A DNA stretch of 64,000 nucleotides from an uncultured Candidatus Binatia bacterium (lineage in GTDB: Bacteria; Desulfobacterota; Binatia; Bin18). The stretch is taken from assembly GCA_965214605.1 (NCBI GenBank), contig OZ243961.1:1024001-1088000 (forward strand), in the 5' to 3' direction. Positions 9,422-19,380 of the stretch are shown piece after piece. The number at the start of each line of letters is the position of its first letter. Within the stretch, counting starts at the first letter, position 1. Made by a program: the position numbers and the translations under genes. The notes under the pieces are model-generated. The model worked only from the letters and a program-made list of their open reading frames with translations, made no database searches and was not told where the DNA came from.

Positions 9422-10059
9422 GAGCGTTCTGGAAATACGAGCGTGTGACCCGCGTTTTGTTGAACCCGCCGCTCTTGTACAGCCTGCTGAGCTGCAGCCT
9501 GCTTTTAGGAGGCTGCGGCCTGATCAAGCCGGCTCCCGTCGTTCAGTACTATGTCCTGACTCTGCCGAGCCTGCCCGAGGCGAGTCTCCCCGCCAATCCA
9601 ACCCTGGTGGTTCGCACGCTCAGGGCCCGCGACCCCTACGACCAACGGCGTCTGGTCTATCGCTCTTCGCCGTACCACCTCAACTTTTATACCTATCATC
9701 GTTGGGCCAGTTCGCCGGCGGAGCAGATAACGGACTGGACGCGTCGTTATCTGCGGAACAGCGGGCTGTTTGCCAAAGTCTTTCCCACTTCGCAAGGAGA
9801 TGCCGACTACATCCTGGATGGGACCCTACGGCACCTCGAAGAGATTGACCGTGATCAGACCTGGGAAGCCGCCCTAGGACTCGAATTTTGGCTTACCCGC
9901 CCGCCGCAACGCCCGCCGGTTTGGTTTGAGTCATATTCGGTCAGCCGCCAAGCCACCAAGCGTAATCCGGCCGCGGTCGCCAAAGCCATGAGTCACAATC
10001 TTGGCGTTGTGCTGCACCAGTTGGTGGCCGACCTCGCGCCGGTGGTCGAGGCCAAGTAG
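9418..10059 (+). CDS. PqiC-like ABC transport auxiliary lipoprotein
   Basis: Lipobox LLGGC, YYVL, RWASSP motif; last gene of the MCE operon. Confidence 0.8.
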   Translation: MRAFWKYERVTRVLLNPPLLYSLLSCSLLLGGCGLIKPAPVVQYYVLTLPSLPEASLPANPTLVVRTLRARDPYDQRRLVYRSSPYHLNFYTYHRWASSPAEQITDWTRRYLRNSGLFAKVFPTSQGDADYILDGTLRHLEEIDRDQTWEAALGLEFWLTRPPQRPPVWFESYSVSRQATKRNPAAVAKAMSHNLGVVLHQLVADLAPVVEAK

Positions 10060-10534
10060 AGGCGCTCGGTCAAGAGCTGTTGATAAAACGCCCTGAGCCG
10101 CTCGGGACGCGACACAGGGTCGTCAAAAACAGCGTGCTAGTATAGAGCAGCGCCCCCCAGGGCAGAGCTGGCCGGCCCCGACGTATACGCCGGGCCGAGA
10201 CCGGAAAGAGAGCTAAGCATCTTCCGTGCGCCTTGGCACGAGAGTAAACCCACCCCGGCCGTGCTTCCCAGTTCAAAAAAGGTCTTCACCCCCAGCCACG
10301 ATCAACAGCAGAGCTGGGGGTGCGGCAGTTTCAGCTGGAGCGTGCGAATCACGGACAGGTCAGCAACGGGCAGTGGAGTTGTGTCGACTGCTCCAGCGGC
10401 AAAGGCCGAGGCTAACAGGTGAGGGGACATGTGGGCTTTTCAGCCCAGCAATTAACGAGGACACGATCGTCGGGAGACACCAGCGAACCGAGAAGCCGTT
10501 TCGAGGGAGCCCTGCGCACCCTCATAGTCCGTCC

Positions 10535-10993
10535 TCACACGTAATAGCGATACACCCCCTCTGCCACACACGCCGGTTTGGCCTGACCCTCGACCTCAAA
10601 GGTGATGCCCACCGTGACCTGGACACCCCCCTGGACATCCTCAACATTGGCCAGGGTGGCCCGAGCACGAACGCGGCTGCCAACCGGTACGGGTGACGGA
10701 AAGCGGAGTTTGTTGAGCCCGTAGTTGACCCCCATCTTAACCTTCTGGACGGCCCAGATTTGACTCATCAAATACGGAGCCAAGGAGAGGGTATAATAGC
10801 CGTGTGCCACTGGCCCGCCAAACGGCGACTCTTTCTTTGCCCGCTCCACGTCCAAATGGATCCACTGATGGTCATGCGTGGCCTGGGCAAACGCCTTAAT
10901 CTCTTCCTGGGTGACCAAGTGCCAGTCTGAAACGCCTAGTTCTTGCCCAACGAGGGACTGAACATCCTGGTACTCAACCATTCGTGCTGTCAT
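10535..10993 (-). CDS. MaoC family dehydratase (NodN-like)
   Basis: FAQATHDHQWIHLD, GPVAHGY, NYGLNKLRFPSPV. Confidence 0.9.
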   Translation of the reverse strand: MTARMVEYQDVQSLVGQELGVSDWHLVTQEEIKAFAQATHDHQWIHLDVERAKKESPFGGPVAHGYYTLSLAPYLMSQIWAVQKVKMGVNYGLNKLRFPSPVPVGSRVRARATLANVEDVQGGVQVTVGITFEVEGQAKPACVAEGVYRYYV

Positions 10994-11081
10994 AGCAGGA
11001 GCTCCTTTCTGCGGCTGTGTTTATCTACTACGATTGTTGTCGGGGGAGCAATGCGACTCCGAACCGGATAGAGGAGAAGGC

Positions 11082-11285
11082 ATGGACAAAGACCAGTCAG
11101 CCCCGCCACAGCTCGGCTTATGCCAAACCTGTGCCTACGCTCGTGAGATTACTAGTGCAAAAGGTTCACGATTTTTGTACTGCTTGCGAGCAGAGCAGGC
11201 CGAAACCGACAGGAGGTATGCCAGATACCCCCGTCTGCCGGTCCTGGAGTGTCCAGGCTATACGCTTCGTTCGGACGGTTCCTAG
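11082..11285 (+). CDS. Small Cys-rich hypothetical protein
   Basis: GLCQTC...SRFLYC...YARYPRLPVLECPGY; GAGGAG RBS before ATG 11082. Confidence 0.65.
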   Translation: MDKDQSAPPQLGLCQTCAYAREITSAKGSRFLYCLRAEQAETDRRYARYPRLPVLECPGYTLRSDGS

Positions 11286-11316
11286 GAGCATCCCTAAGGG
11301 GACTCCGGTACGGGGT

Positions 11317-12486
11317 CTAGTTATGAATAATCATGCCCGTATTGGGCACCCCGTTCCCCGAGGTCACCAGAGCAATCTCGGCGTCTTGGACCTGGTTAAT
11401 GGCCTGCCCACGCAACTGGCGAACGGCTTCCACAATATTTTCCATGCCGTGAATATAGCCCTCCGACAGATTCCCACCGCTGGTATTAAACGGCAAGCTG
11501 CCGTCCGGATAGAGCAGTTTGCCGTCCGACACAAACGGACCGCCTTCACCGCGTTTACAGAAGCCGAGTTCTTCAAACGCCATCAACACCAGCGGGGTGA
11601 AGTGATCGTACAGATAGCACAGATCAAGGTCGGCATGGCTGATGCCCGCACGGCCAAACATGGCTTTGGCAACAACCGTTGATTCGGTCTCCCGGCTTTC
11701 AATATCCTTGACCACCCGCTGGGTATTCCACTCACCAGCCCCAAATCCGCCGCTCATAATGTACACCGGCTTCTGTTTCAGAGCCTTGGCCCGCTCGGCG
11801 CTAGTAATCACCACCGCGGCCCCACCGTCGGTTTCTAAACAACAGTCGAGCAGGCGTAGCGGGTCGGCGATCATGCGCGAGTTCTGGTGGTCTTCAAGCG
11901 TGATCGCTCGGCCGCGCATAACCGCGTTGGGATTGGTCTGAGCATGGGTCCGGCAGGCGACCGCAATGGAGCCAAAATGCTCGCTCTTGGTGCCGTACAA
12001 ATGCATATGCCGTCGGGCCGCCAGGGCCACCATCTGGGCCGGACTGAACAGACCATAGGGTTCGAGGTAGGCACCGACTCCCGATACGCCGCGGCGAACC
12101 GCGGCCTGTCCAAAGCGGGGGGTCCCCCGGCCGGAGCGTTCATTCATGGCGCGAAAGGCAATGACTGTCTTGGCCATGCCGGTCGCCACTGCCATGGCCG
12201 CTAATAAGATCGAGCCGACCGGACCACCACCACCGCCGTAGGCCACTTCGCCAAAGAAGCGCAGTTCGGGCACTCCGAGGTGGGCGGCTAACTCGACCGG
12301 GTCGTTATTATCCATCGTATACTTGGCAATTCCGTCAATATCGCTCGTTGTCAAGCCCGCGTCGTCGATCGCTCGCCGGATGCATTCGATGGCTAGACTG
12401 ATCTCGCTGCGGCCCGAGTCCTTGGAGTACTCGGTGTGTCCAACACCGACAATTGCGGCTTTGTCTGTCAGGGTTTCAATCGACAT
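11317..12486 (-). CDS. SCP2-thiolase-like lipid-transfer protein (Ltp2-type aldolase)
   Basis: SKDSGRSE, RAMNERSG, LLDCCLETDGG, LYDHFTP, GGNLSEGYIHG; AGGAGG RBS before ATG 12486. Confidence 0.85.
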   Translation of the reverse strand: MSIETLTDKAAIVGVGHTEYSKDSGRSEISLAIECIRRAIDDAGLTTSDIDGIAKYTMDNNDPVELAAHLGVPELRFFGEVAYGGGGGPVGSILLAAMAVATGMAKTVIAFRAMNERSGRGTPRFGQAAVRRGVSGVGAYLEPYGLFSPAQMVALAARRHMHLYGTKSEHFGSIAVACRTHAQTNPNAVMRGRAITLEDHQNSRMIADPLRLLDCCLETDGGAAVVITSAERAKALKQKPVYIMSGGFGAGEWNTQRVVKDIESRETESTVVAKAMFGRAGISHADLDLCYLYDHFTPLVLMAFEELGFCKRGEGGPFVSDGKLLYPDGSLPFNTSGGNLSEGYIHGMENIVEAVRQLRGQAINQVQDAEIALVTSGNGVPNTGMIIHN

Positions 12487-12628
12487 GGCAGCCCTCCTGT
12501 TCGGCAAGCGATTAGAGCATAGCTCATGCTGATTGGCTACTGCTGGCTGTGGCACTGATTCTCGGCGCCGGGCAGACGTGTTAGACTGCATGCCGCCAAA
12601 ACACACCACCTAGCTAAGGAGAAAAACG

Positions 12629-13294
12629 ATGATTATCCTCTATACGACCGAACGCGAGTACCCATACGGCATCTTGCGCTCAACCAACGCCAGCAAAGTC
12701 AAAGTCATCCTTGAAGAAAAAAGTCTGGCCTACCGGGTCGAACGTTTACGGCCGGGCGACCTGTGGAAAAAGCCGCCCCAAATGGTGGCCAAGCATCCGT
12801 TGGGCAAAGTGCCCTACATTGAGGACGATGGGCTGGTGGTATACGATTCGTCGGTGATTAACGAGTATCTGGAAGAGCGCTATCCTGAGCCCCGGCTGTT
12901 GCCCTACGATCCGCTTGACCGGGTCCGGGTCCGGATGTTGGAGAATTTTGGCGACGAGGCAATTTTGGTCGGTGATCTCCCCGCAATTTGGATGCCGTGG
13001 TGGGCAAAACCCGACCAGCGCGATACAGCCCGGATGGAAAGGGGCCGTGAGGGGCTGCGCAAACGCGCCCTGCCCTATCTTGAGAAAGAACTGGAGGGAC
13101 GCGACTATATATGCGGCGCGTTCAGCCTGGCCGACGCGCCGTATATGCCAATGGCAATGGTCTTAGAGGTGGACGGCATGTCGCTCGATGCTTTCCCACG
13201 TGTAGCAGCCTATCTCGACCGTTTACGCGCCCGACCAAGCTATCGCTCCATTAGTCCCAAGACCTCCTTGGCCGATTCGGCTGGGCGTTCATAA
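12629..13294 (+). CDS. Glutathione S-transferase family protein
   Basis: HPLGKVPYIEDDGLVVYDSSVINEYLEE, YICGAFSLAD. Confidence 0.9.
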   Translation: MIILYTTEREYPYGILRSTNASKVKVILEEKSLAYRVERLRPGDLWKKPPQMVAKHPLGKVPYIEDDGLVVYDSSVINEYLEERYPEPRLLPYDPLDRVRVRMLENFGDEAILVGDLPAIWMPWWAKPDQRDTARMERGREGLRKRALPYLEKELEGRDYICGAFSLADAPYMPMAMVLEVDGMSLDAFPRVAAYLDRLRARPSYRSISPKTSLADSAGRS

Positions 13295-14430
13295 GCGGTG
13301 TCGGTCTCTCGTCTTTCCAGCCGGTGCCTTCTTTATCCCGCTGTGCCTGGTTCCTCCGGGATTTTTCTCCGGCTTTTTTCTTTTTCCCGATGCCTCCTTA
13401 ATTGATTCAAACAGCTAAGCGGCTGGAAGGGCGACGCTGACCTGTTGATCGGCACTTCAAGCTTCGTCTCGCTGGCCCGACCGACCCGGTCAAGTGGCTA
13501 TGGCGACCGCCTCGGTCGAACTGTTTGCTTGCGGTTCGGCTTGGTCAATATCTCCTTCATTCAGGCAACGGGGATAAGGCCTTACCCTTGAGATCATGCA
13601 CGGCCCCACGCTCTATCCGTGTGGGAGGAGGGTCTGGCCGGACTGCTGCCTGGACTCGGTCAGAAAGTCGGCTGGCCGGATAATTTTCCCCTCCTGTTTT
13701 TCATCGCTACTAGGACCGCCTTTCCGGCCAGCGGCTTGAGCAGCCGTCTCCAGGAACGCCCTCCCTCGGCCGAGCAGCCTGCAACGCCTCAATTTTTTGC
13801 CTCGGAAGCCTTGCTCCCAGGAGTCGTTCAGCTGTTAGAGCCCTGACCTTTACGTTCTCCACGACCTTTTTGTCCCTAGTATGCCCAGACATTGGATCTG
13901 GACAACGCCGGCTATTTGTATTCAAACTACACGCTCGGAGCTGATGGCAACCCGCATACTCAGGGCTCGCCTAGGTGACCCTGCGGCTGCTCGGCAGTCG
14001 TCCACCCCCGGTTTGGTTCTCGCCCCCATTCCCTAGCTCGTTTTTGCTTTTACCTGGGATGTTCAAACCTACTACAGAGGCGTAAGGCTGGCGGTATCGG
14101 TTTAGCCCATCTCGGGTCATTGATGATCAACCGTCTGACACCCGAACGACGCGGCCTGAGCATGACGCCCTTCGCTCAGAGTTTTGACTTGAGGATAGGG
14201 CAGGCGGAGTGCTGATGGGTAGCCAGGCCGGTCTTCCCCCAATGGAGGTCTGCAGGAGCGGCTGTTTAGGTATCGACTGAGTCATTTTTTTGGATATCGG
14301 CACCCAAAAGCCCGCTCCTCAAGCTTCTTGATCAGGGCTGCGGCGGTGGTTTGCTGCTCGATCGCTTGCGAATCCTCAGCACCGTCGTTTATCCTGACCG
14401 TATAGGCCAGCGATTAAGGAGCCAGCGTCC

Positions 14431-15672
14431 GTGCAATTTGCCCGTTCCTCACACGCCCCTCGGCATACCCCGGAACCACCTCGGCCGGCCAACGACTGCC
14501 GGTCTGAATTTGAACGCGACCGGGCCCGTATTATTCACTCGGCCGCGTTTCGTCGCTTACAGGGCAAAACCCAGGTATTTGGGGTCTATGAGGGCGATTT
14601 TTTTCGGACTCGTCTCACCCATTCGCTCGAAGTCGCTCAGATTGCCAAGGGGATCGCACTGTCACTGGGCGCGGATATCGATTTGGTTGAGGCGATCTGC
14701 CTGGCCCACGATCTCGGTCACCCGCCGTTCGGACACGCCGGAGAACGCCTCCTACACGACCACATGCGTGACTACGGCGGCTTTGAGAGTAACGCCCAGA
14801 CCTTCCGGATCGTAACCCGGCTCGAACACAAACACATCGCCTATACGGGTTTGAATCTCACCTACCCCAGTCTCGACGGACTGCTGAAGTACAAGACCTG
14901 CATTAACACCCAGGCTCTAAAGTCGGCCCGGCGTGCACCGCTGAAGGGCTATTACGCCACAGATCGTGACTTGGTTGAGGCGATTACCTGTTTGACCGGC
15001 AGCGGTCAGCAGCGCAGTCTAGAGTGCCAGATTATGGACGTGGCCGATGATATTGCCTATTCGGTACACGATCTTGAAGATAGCCTACAGGCCGGACTCA
15101 TAACGGTTGCCGACTTTCACCGCTTTCCTGCTCAGCGTTTAGTACCCGAGGTCAACGTCAAACTCTCCGTCTGGCGGCAGACGATCGACGCCGAAACGGT
15201 CCGGACGGTACTCGCTCAGATCGCGGCTCAGCTCGAATCCCTGGAGCAGACGGCCGGGCGGGCGGCGCATAAGATGCTGACCCGTGATCTCATCTCCACG
15301 TTTGCCAGCACAGTCAGCCGGCAGCAGGACGGGCGCATTGACGCGGCCTTCTCCGAACGGGGGCAGATCGAAGTTCTGAAAGCCTTTGAGTCGCAGAAAG
15401 TCATTCACAACCCACGTGTGAACACGCTCAGCTATAAGGGCAAGGAGATCCTAGCACGCCTGTTCCGCGTCCTCGATCAGGGTCCTGAATCGGTCGGCCT
15501 GTTGCCCGAAGAGTGGGGCGAGCACTACCAGCGCGCCTTGCATGAGGGCGATGAGCCGGCCCGCAAGCGGGTGATCTGTGACTTCCTATCCGGCATGACC
15601 GATTCGTATGCAGCACGCTTCTACAGCCGTCTGTTTGTGCCCGGTGAGGGGAGTTTTTACGAAATGCTGTGA
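14431..15672 (+). CDS. dgt: dGTP triphosphohydrolase (HD domain)
   Basis: FERDRARIIHSAAFRRLQGKTQVF, RTRLTHSLEV, HDLGHPPFGHAGE, ADDIAYSVHD, DFLSGMTD. Confidence 0.92.
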   Translation: MQFARSSHAPRHTPEPPRPANDCRSEFERDRARIIHSAAFRRLQGKTQVFGVYEGDFFRTRLTHSLEVAQIAKGIALSLGADIDLVEAICLAHDLGHPPFGHAGERLLHDHMRDYGGFESNAQTFRIVTRLEHKHIAYTGLNLTYPSLDGLLKYKTCINTQALKSARRAPLKGYYATDRDLVEAITCLTGSGQQRSLECQIMDVADDIAYSVHDLEDSLQAGLITVADFHRFPAQRLVPEVNVKLSVWRQTIDAETVRTVLAQIAAQLESLEQTAGRAAHKMLTRDLISTFASTVSRQQDGRIDAAFSERGQIEVLKAFESQKVIHNPRVNTLSYKGKEILARLFRVLDQGPESVGLLPEEWGEHYQRALHEGDEPARKRVICDFLSGMTDSYAARFYSRLFVPGEGSFYEML

Positions 15673-15677
15673 GAGGT

Positions 15678-16694
15678 CTAGCGCAGTGCCACTGCGGGAT
15701 CTTCAAGACGGGGCAGCTCAAACCATACCGCGCTGCACACCGCTGTCTCCTCTTCGTCCAGATTCAGATCAACTGCAGGCAGCGATTGCTGTAGTTGTTC
15801 GGGCGAGGTTGCCCCGACAATCGGTGCCGTAATCCCAGTCTGAGCCAAGACCCAGGCAATAGCGACCTGGGCCAGGGGCTTGTTGCGGGCCGAGAAGAAT
15901 TCGTGGAGGTAGGCTACCGCGGCAAACTGCGTTTCCCGCCAGTAGCGCTTCTTGTAGACCCTGCCGGCCCGTCCCTCCAGCGCGAAACGCGTATTGGCCG
16001 GGGGAGGGTGGTCGGCCTGGCTGCCCAGGTGCTTACCGGTCAGAAATCCACCGGCCAACGGGTTATACGGGATAACGCCAACGCCCTGATCACGACACAA
16101 CGGCAGGAGTTCATGCTCGATTTCTCGAAATAGAATGTTATAGCGCGGCTGAACGCAGTCAAAACGGGCCAGACCGTATTTGTCGCTGGTCCACAAGGCC
16201 TTTGCCAGTACCCAGGCCTGGAAATTCGAACAGCCTATGTAGCGGACCTTGCCCTGTCGAACTACATCGTCGAGCGCGGCTAAAGTCTCGTCGAGCGGAG
16301 TGTCAAAATCCGGCGCGTGCACCTGGTAGAGATCAATGTAGTCGGTTTGGAGCCGCCGTAAACTCTCGTCTATGGCAGCCAAGATATGTTTACGGGACAA
16401 TCCGCGATCGTTCGGATACGGCCCCATTGCACCCCAGCACTTGGTGGCGAGGACAATCTGCTGGCGTCTGCCCTTGAGCCATTTCCCAACAATTTCTTCT
16501 GTCCGGCCGACCGTTGAGATATCTCCGCCGACAGGATAAACGTCCGCGGTGTCAAGAAAATCGACCCCGGCCTCAAGCGCGGTATCCATGATGGCAAAGC
16601 TCAGCGCTTCATCGCACTGGCCTCCGAAGGTCATTGTCCCGAGACAGATCTCCGACACTTTGAGTCCGGTTCGGCCCAGGCGAGACGTTTTCAT
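15678..16694 (-). CDS. Aldo/keto reductase
   Basis: LGTMTFG, DTADVY, SLRRLQTDYIDLYQVH, GKVRYIGCSN, YNPLAGGFLTGK. Confidence 0.93.
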   Translation of the reverse strand: MKTSRLGRTGLKVSEICLGTMTFGGQCDEALSFAIMDTALEAGVDFLDTADVYPVGGDISTVGRTEEIVGKWLKGRRQQIVLATKCWGAMGPYPNDRGLSRKHILAAIDESLRRLQTDYIDLYQVHAPDFDTPLDETLAALDDVVRQGKVRYIGCSNFQAWVLAKALWTSDKYGLARFDCVQPRYNILFREIEHELLPLCRDQGVGVIPYNPLAGGFLTGKHLGSQADHPPPANTRFALEGRAGRVYKKRYWRETQFAAVAYLHEFFSARNKPLAQVAIAWVLAQTGITAPIVGATSPEQLQQSLPAVDLNLDEEETAVCSAVWFELPRLEDPAVALR

Positions 16695-16812
16695 AGCTCT
16701 TCCTCCGTTGCAAAAAGGTGCTATGTTAGGAAGATAGCACGAGAGGGTATACTGCCTCAAAAGAGGGCGGTGTCAATGCGTAGGCGCAACGTAACCCACA
16801 GGGAGGAAGGGC

Positions 16813-18270
16813 ATGCCACACAAAGTAAAAGAATCGACCAAGGTTATTCCGCTCCGACCCCGCTCTATTACAGCGACAACACCCATCGATAGCAAACAAG
16901 CCAAAGCCTTGCAGCAGCAGGACAAGGCCCATCTGGTGCACGGCTTTGTGCCGCTACGCATGCATCAAGACCATGGCATGCCCATCTTTGTCAGAGGTGA
17001 GGGCGTCTATCTCTGGGATACGGACGGGAAACGATATCTTGACGGGCTGGCCTCGCTCTGGAACGTGCATGTCGGCCATGGTCGCAAGGAAATCACCCGC
17101 GCTGTTGCCACTCAGATGGATCAACTTGCCTTTGCCCCAACCCTCATCGGCCCAACCTCAGCCCCGACCGTTGAACTCGCTACCAAGCTGACCAAAATCG
17201 GGCCAAAAGGCCTGCAGCGGGTCATTTTTACCTCGGGCGGCTCCGAATCGAACGAGACTATGATCCGGCTCGTTCGGGCCTATTGGAAGGCCAAGGGCAA
17301 GCCGCAGAAGACCAAATTCATTACGCTCAACCAGGGCTACCACGGCACCTCCAGCGGAGCGGCTAGCCTAACCGGCATTTCGCTGTTCAATGACCAGGTG
17401 GATCCAGGTCTGCCCGGAGTCATCCACATGGCCCGGCCCTACTGCTACCGCTGTGAGTTGGGGAAGACCTACCCTGCCTGTCAGGTGGACTGCGCCGATG
17501 AACTGGAACGGATCATCAAACGCGAAGGAGCCGGAACGATCGGCGCGTTTGTGGCCGAACCGATCCAGGGTGTGGGCGGGGTGATTGTTCCGCCCAAGGA
17601 GTGGCTGCCCAAAATTCGCGAGCTCTGCACGCAGCATAATATTCTGCTGGTCTGTGACGAGGTCATCACCGGATTTGGGCGGACCGGAACCATGTTTGCC
17701 TCGGCCAGCGTCGGCCCCGATATCCTGGTCTCGGCCAAAGGTATTACTAGCGGCTATTTACCGCTCGGAGTAGTGCTGTTCAAGGAAGAGATGTTCCAGA
17801 CCTTTCTGAAGGCCGGCGACCAGGCCTTCTGGCACGGCTACACCTATACCGGCCACCCCACAGTCTGTGCGGCCGGACTGGCCAATCTTGAGATCATCGA
17901 ACGCGAGAAACTGGTGCAGAAAGCCCGCGAGCAGGGCCGCTATCTGCAAAAGGCGCTGGCCACGCTCAAGGATTTACCAATTGTCGGTGATGTCCGCGGC
18001 AAGGGGCTAGTGGCGGCCATTGAGCTAGTCAAAGACAAACGGACCAAAGAGATGTTTTCCGCCAAGACCAAGGTTGTGACTCGGGTTTGGGAACGAGCAC
18101 TCCAGAGCGGTTTGCTTACCCGAATGGGCGGGACCAACATTATCGCCCTCTGTCCCCCTCTGATTATAAGCAAAGAGCAAATCGATGAGATGGTCACGAC
18201 CCTGCGGGAGACCCTGGTGAGCGTTTCTGAGGAACTCGGCGACCACTGGAAGCTGGCCAGTGGGAAGTAG
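16813..18270 (+). CDS. Class III PLP aminotransferase (omega-amine/putrescine-pyruvate type)
   Basis: GEGVYLWDTDGKRYLDG, SGGSESNE, YHG, DEVITGFGRTG, SAKGITSGY, HGYTYTGHP. Confidence 0.92.
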   Translation: MPHKVKESTKVIPLRPRSITATTPIDSKQAKALQQQDKAHLVHGFVPLRMHQDHGMPIFVRGEGVYLWDTDGKRYLDGLASLWNVHVGHGRKEITRAVATQMDQLAFAPTLIGPTSAPTVELATKLTKIGPKGLQRVIFTSGGSESNETMIRLVRAYWKAKGKPQKTKFITLNQGYHGTSSGAASLTGISLFNDQVDPGLPGVIHMARPYCYRCELGKTYPACQVDCADELERIIKREGAGTIGAFVAEPIQGVGGVIVPPKEWLPKIRELCTQHNILLVCDEVITGFGRTGTMFASASVGPDILVSAKGITSGYLPLGVVLFKEEMFQTFLKAGDQAFWHGYTYTGHPTVCAAGLANLEIIEREKLVQKAREQGRYLQKALATLKDLPIVGDVRGKGLVAAIELVKDKRTKEMFSAKTKVVTRVWERALQSGLLTRMGGTNIIALCPPLIISKEQIDEMVTTLRETLVSVSEELGDHWKLASGK

Positions 18271-18302
18271 TGGCCATGCCAAGTCTCCTCGCCACCCCTC
18301 AT

Positions 18303-18338
18303 ACCGCTAGCGCCAACACACCCGTTGGCGCTAGCGGT
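18303..18338. terminator. Perfect 15-bp inverted repeat between convergent genes (likely bidirectional terminator)
   Basis: ACCGCTAGCGCCAAC-acaccc-GTTGGCGCTAGCGGT. Confidence 0.7.
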
Positions 18339-18349
18339 CCCTGGCTGTC

Positions 18350-19231
18350 TTACTTTACGTACTTGTCTAAAAACGCGCTGGCCCGGCGATAACCCTCGGC
18401 ATAGGCGGCCAACGGCGGAAGCTGAAAAAACGCGTGCGGCGCCCCATCAAGAATATGGAGGTCGTGTTCCACTCCGGCCGCCGCCAGTTTTTTGGCCAAG
18501 GCTTGTGACTCCGCCAACAGCGGATCCTTTGTCCCAACCGCAATATAACATGGTGGAAACGTGTCGCACGCATACAGCGGACTGACCCGATGATCTTCGC
18601 GGAGCGCCTCGTACTCTTCAACCTCCAGATAAAACTGCTGCTTGGGCTGCGGCGTGCCCAGGGTGGCTAGCGTCGCATGATAATCAAACACCCCGTACAG
18701 TAACAGACCGGCTTTGATGGCTGGTCCGCGGTTCCGACCGCGCTCTGCCAGGACAGCGCCGGCCAGATTGCCCCCAGCTGAGTCTCCACCTACGGCCAGA
18801 CGTTGGGCGTCTCCTCCGTACGCGGCCGCGTTCTCGACCGCCCACTGAGTGGCAAACCAACAGTCCTCAAACGCGGCTGGAAAACGGTGCTTGGGAGCGC
18901 GGCGATAGTCGACGTTGACGGTGAGATAGCCAGCTGCGGCAAACTCTCGGCCGAGGCGGAGGTGCGTCTTAGGACTGCCCATGGTCCAACCCCCACCATG
19001 AAAGTAGACCAAGACCGGATGCGGTCCCGGGCCGTTGGGCACACTGATATCTGCGCTCAAACGCCAGCCGGCCACCTCTCTGAGTCGTACATCGTCATGC
19101 ACGGCCCCGACTGGGGGAGGATTCCCATTCATCAAGTCATTATATGTAATTAACAGCTCGGCCGGATTGACCCCTTTAGGCGGCTTGAGTGTTTCCATGA
19201 AGGTGAGCAGATCGTCTGGGATCTGAGTCAT
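18350..19231 (-). CDS. HSL-family esterase/lipase (alpha/beta hydrolase)
   Basis: HGGGW, GDSAGGNL, D and H near C-terminus; TAAGGAGG RBS before ATG 19231. Confidence 0.9.
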   Translation of the reverse strand: MTQIPDDLLTFMETLKPPKGVNPAELLITYNDLMNGNPPPVGAVHDDVRLREVAGWRLSADISVPNGPGPHPVLVYFHGGGWTMGSPKTHLRLGREFAAAGYLTVNVDYRRAPKHRFPAAFEDCWFATQWAVENAAAYGGDAQRLAVGGDSAGGNLAGAVLAERGRNRGPAIKAGLLLYGVFDYHATLATLGTPQPKQQFYLEVEEYEALREDHRVSPLYACDTFPPCYIAVGTKDPLLAESQALAKKLAAAGVEHDLHILDGAPHAFFQLPPLAAYAEGYRRASAFLDKYVK

Positions 19232-19380
19232 CGTTTTCCTCCTTAAGTGTACGATGTGGGAGCAGATTGTAGCCGGAGGGCGGTCGGTCCGGCAAGCAGC
19301 CGTTAGCCATGTGTCAGCCCTTTGCAAGGTTGGGCGGCTATGGTAGATCACAGCTGAACACTCGTTCCTGAGGAGGCGCA

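Noticed and set aside
10070-10530. Several short hairpins (e.g. CCCCCAGC...GCTGGGGG) suggesting an ncRNA
   Set aside because: No recognisable RNA family motif; the minus strand has hydrolase-like fragments (LLIVAGGEDLF, PERLRAFYQQ), so a decayed gene is more likely
14431-15672. dGTPase as an anti-phage nucleotide-depletion system
   Set aside because: Looks like ordinary housekeeping Dgt with host-like composition and no defence-island neighbours
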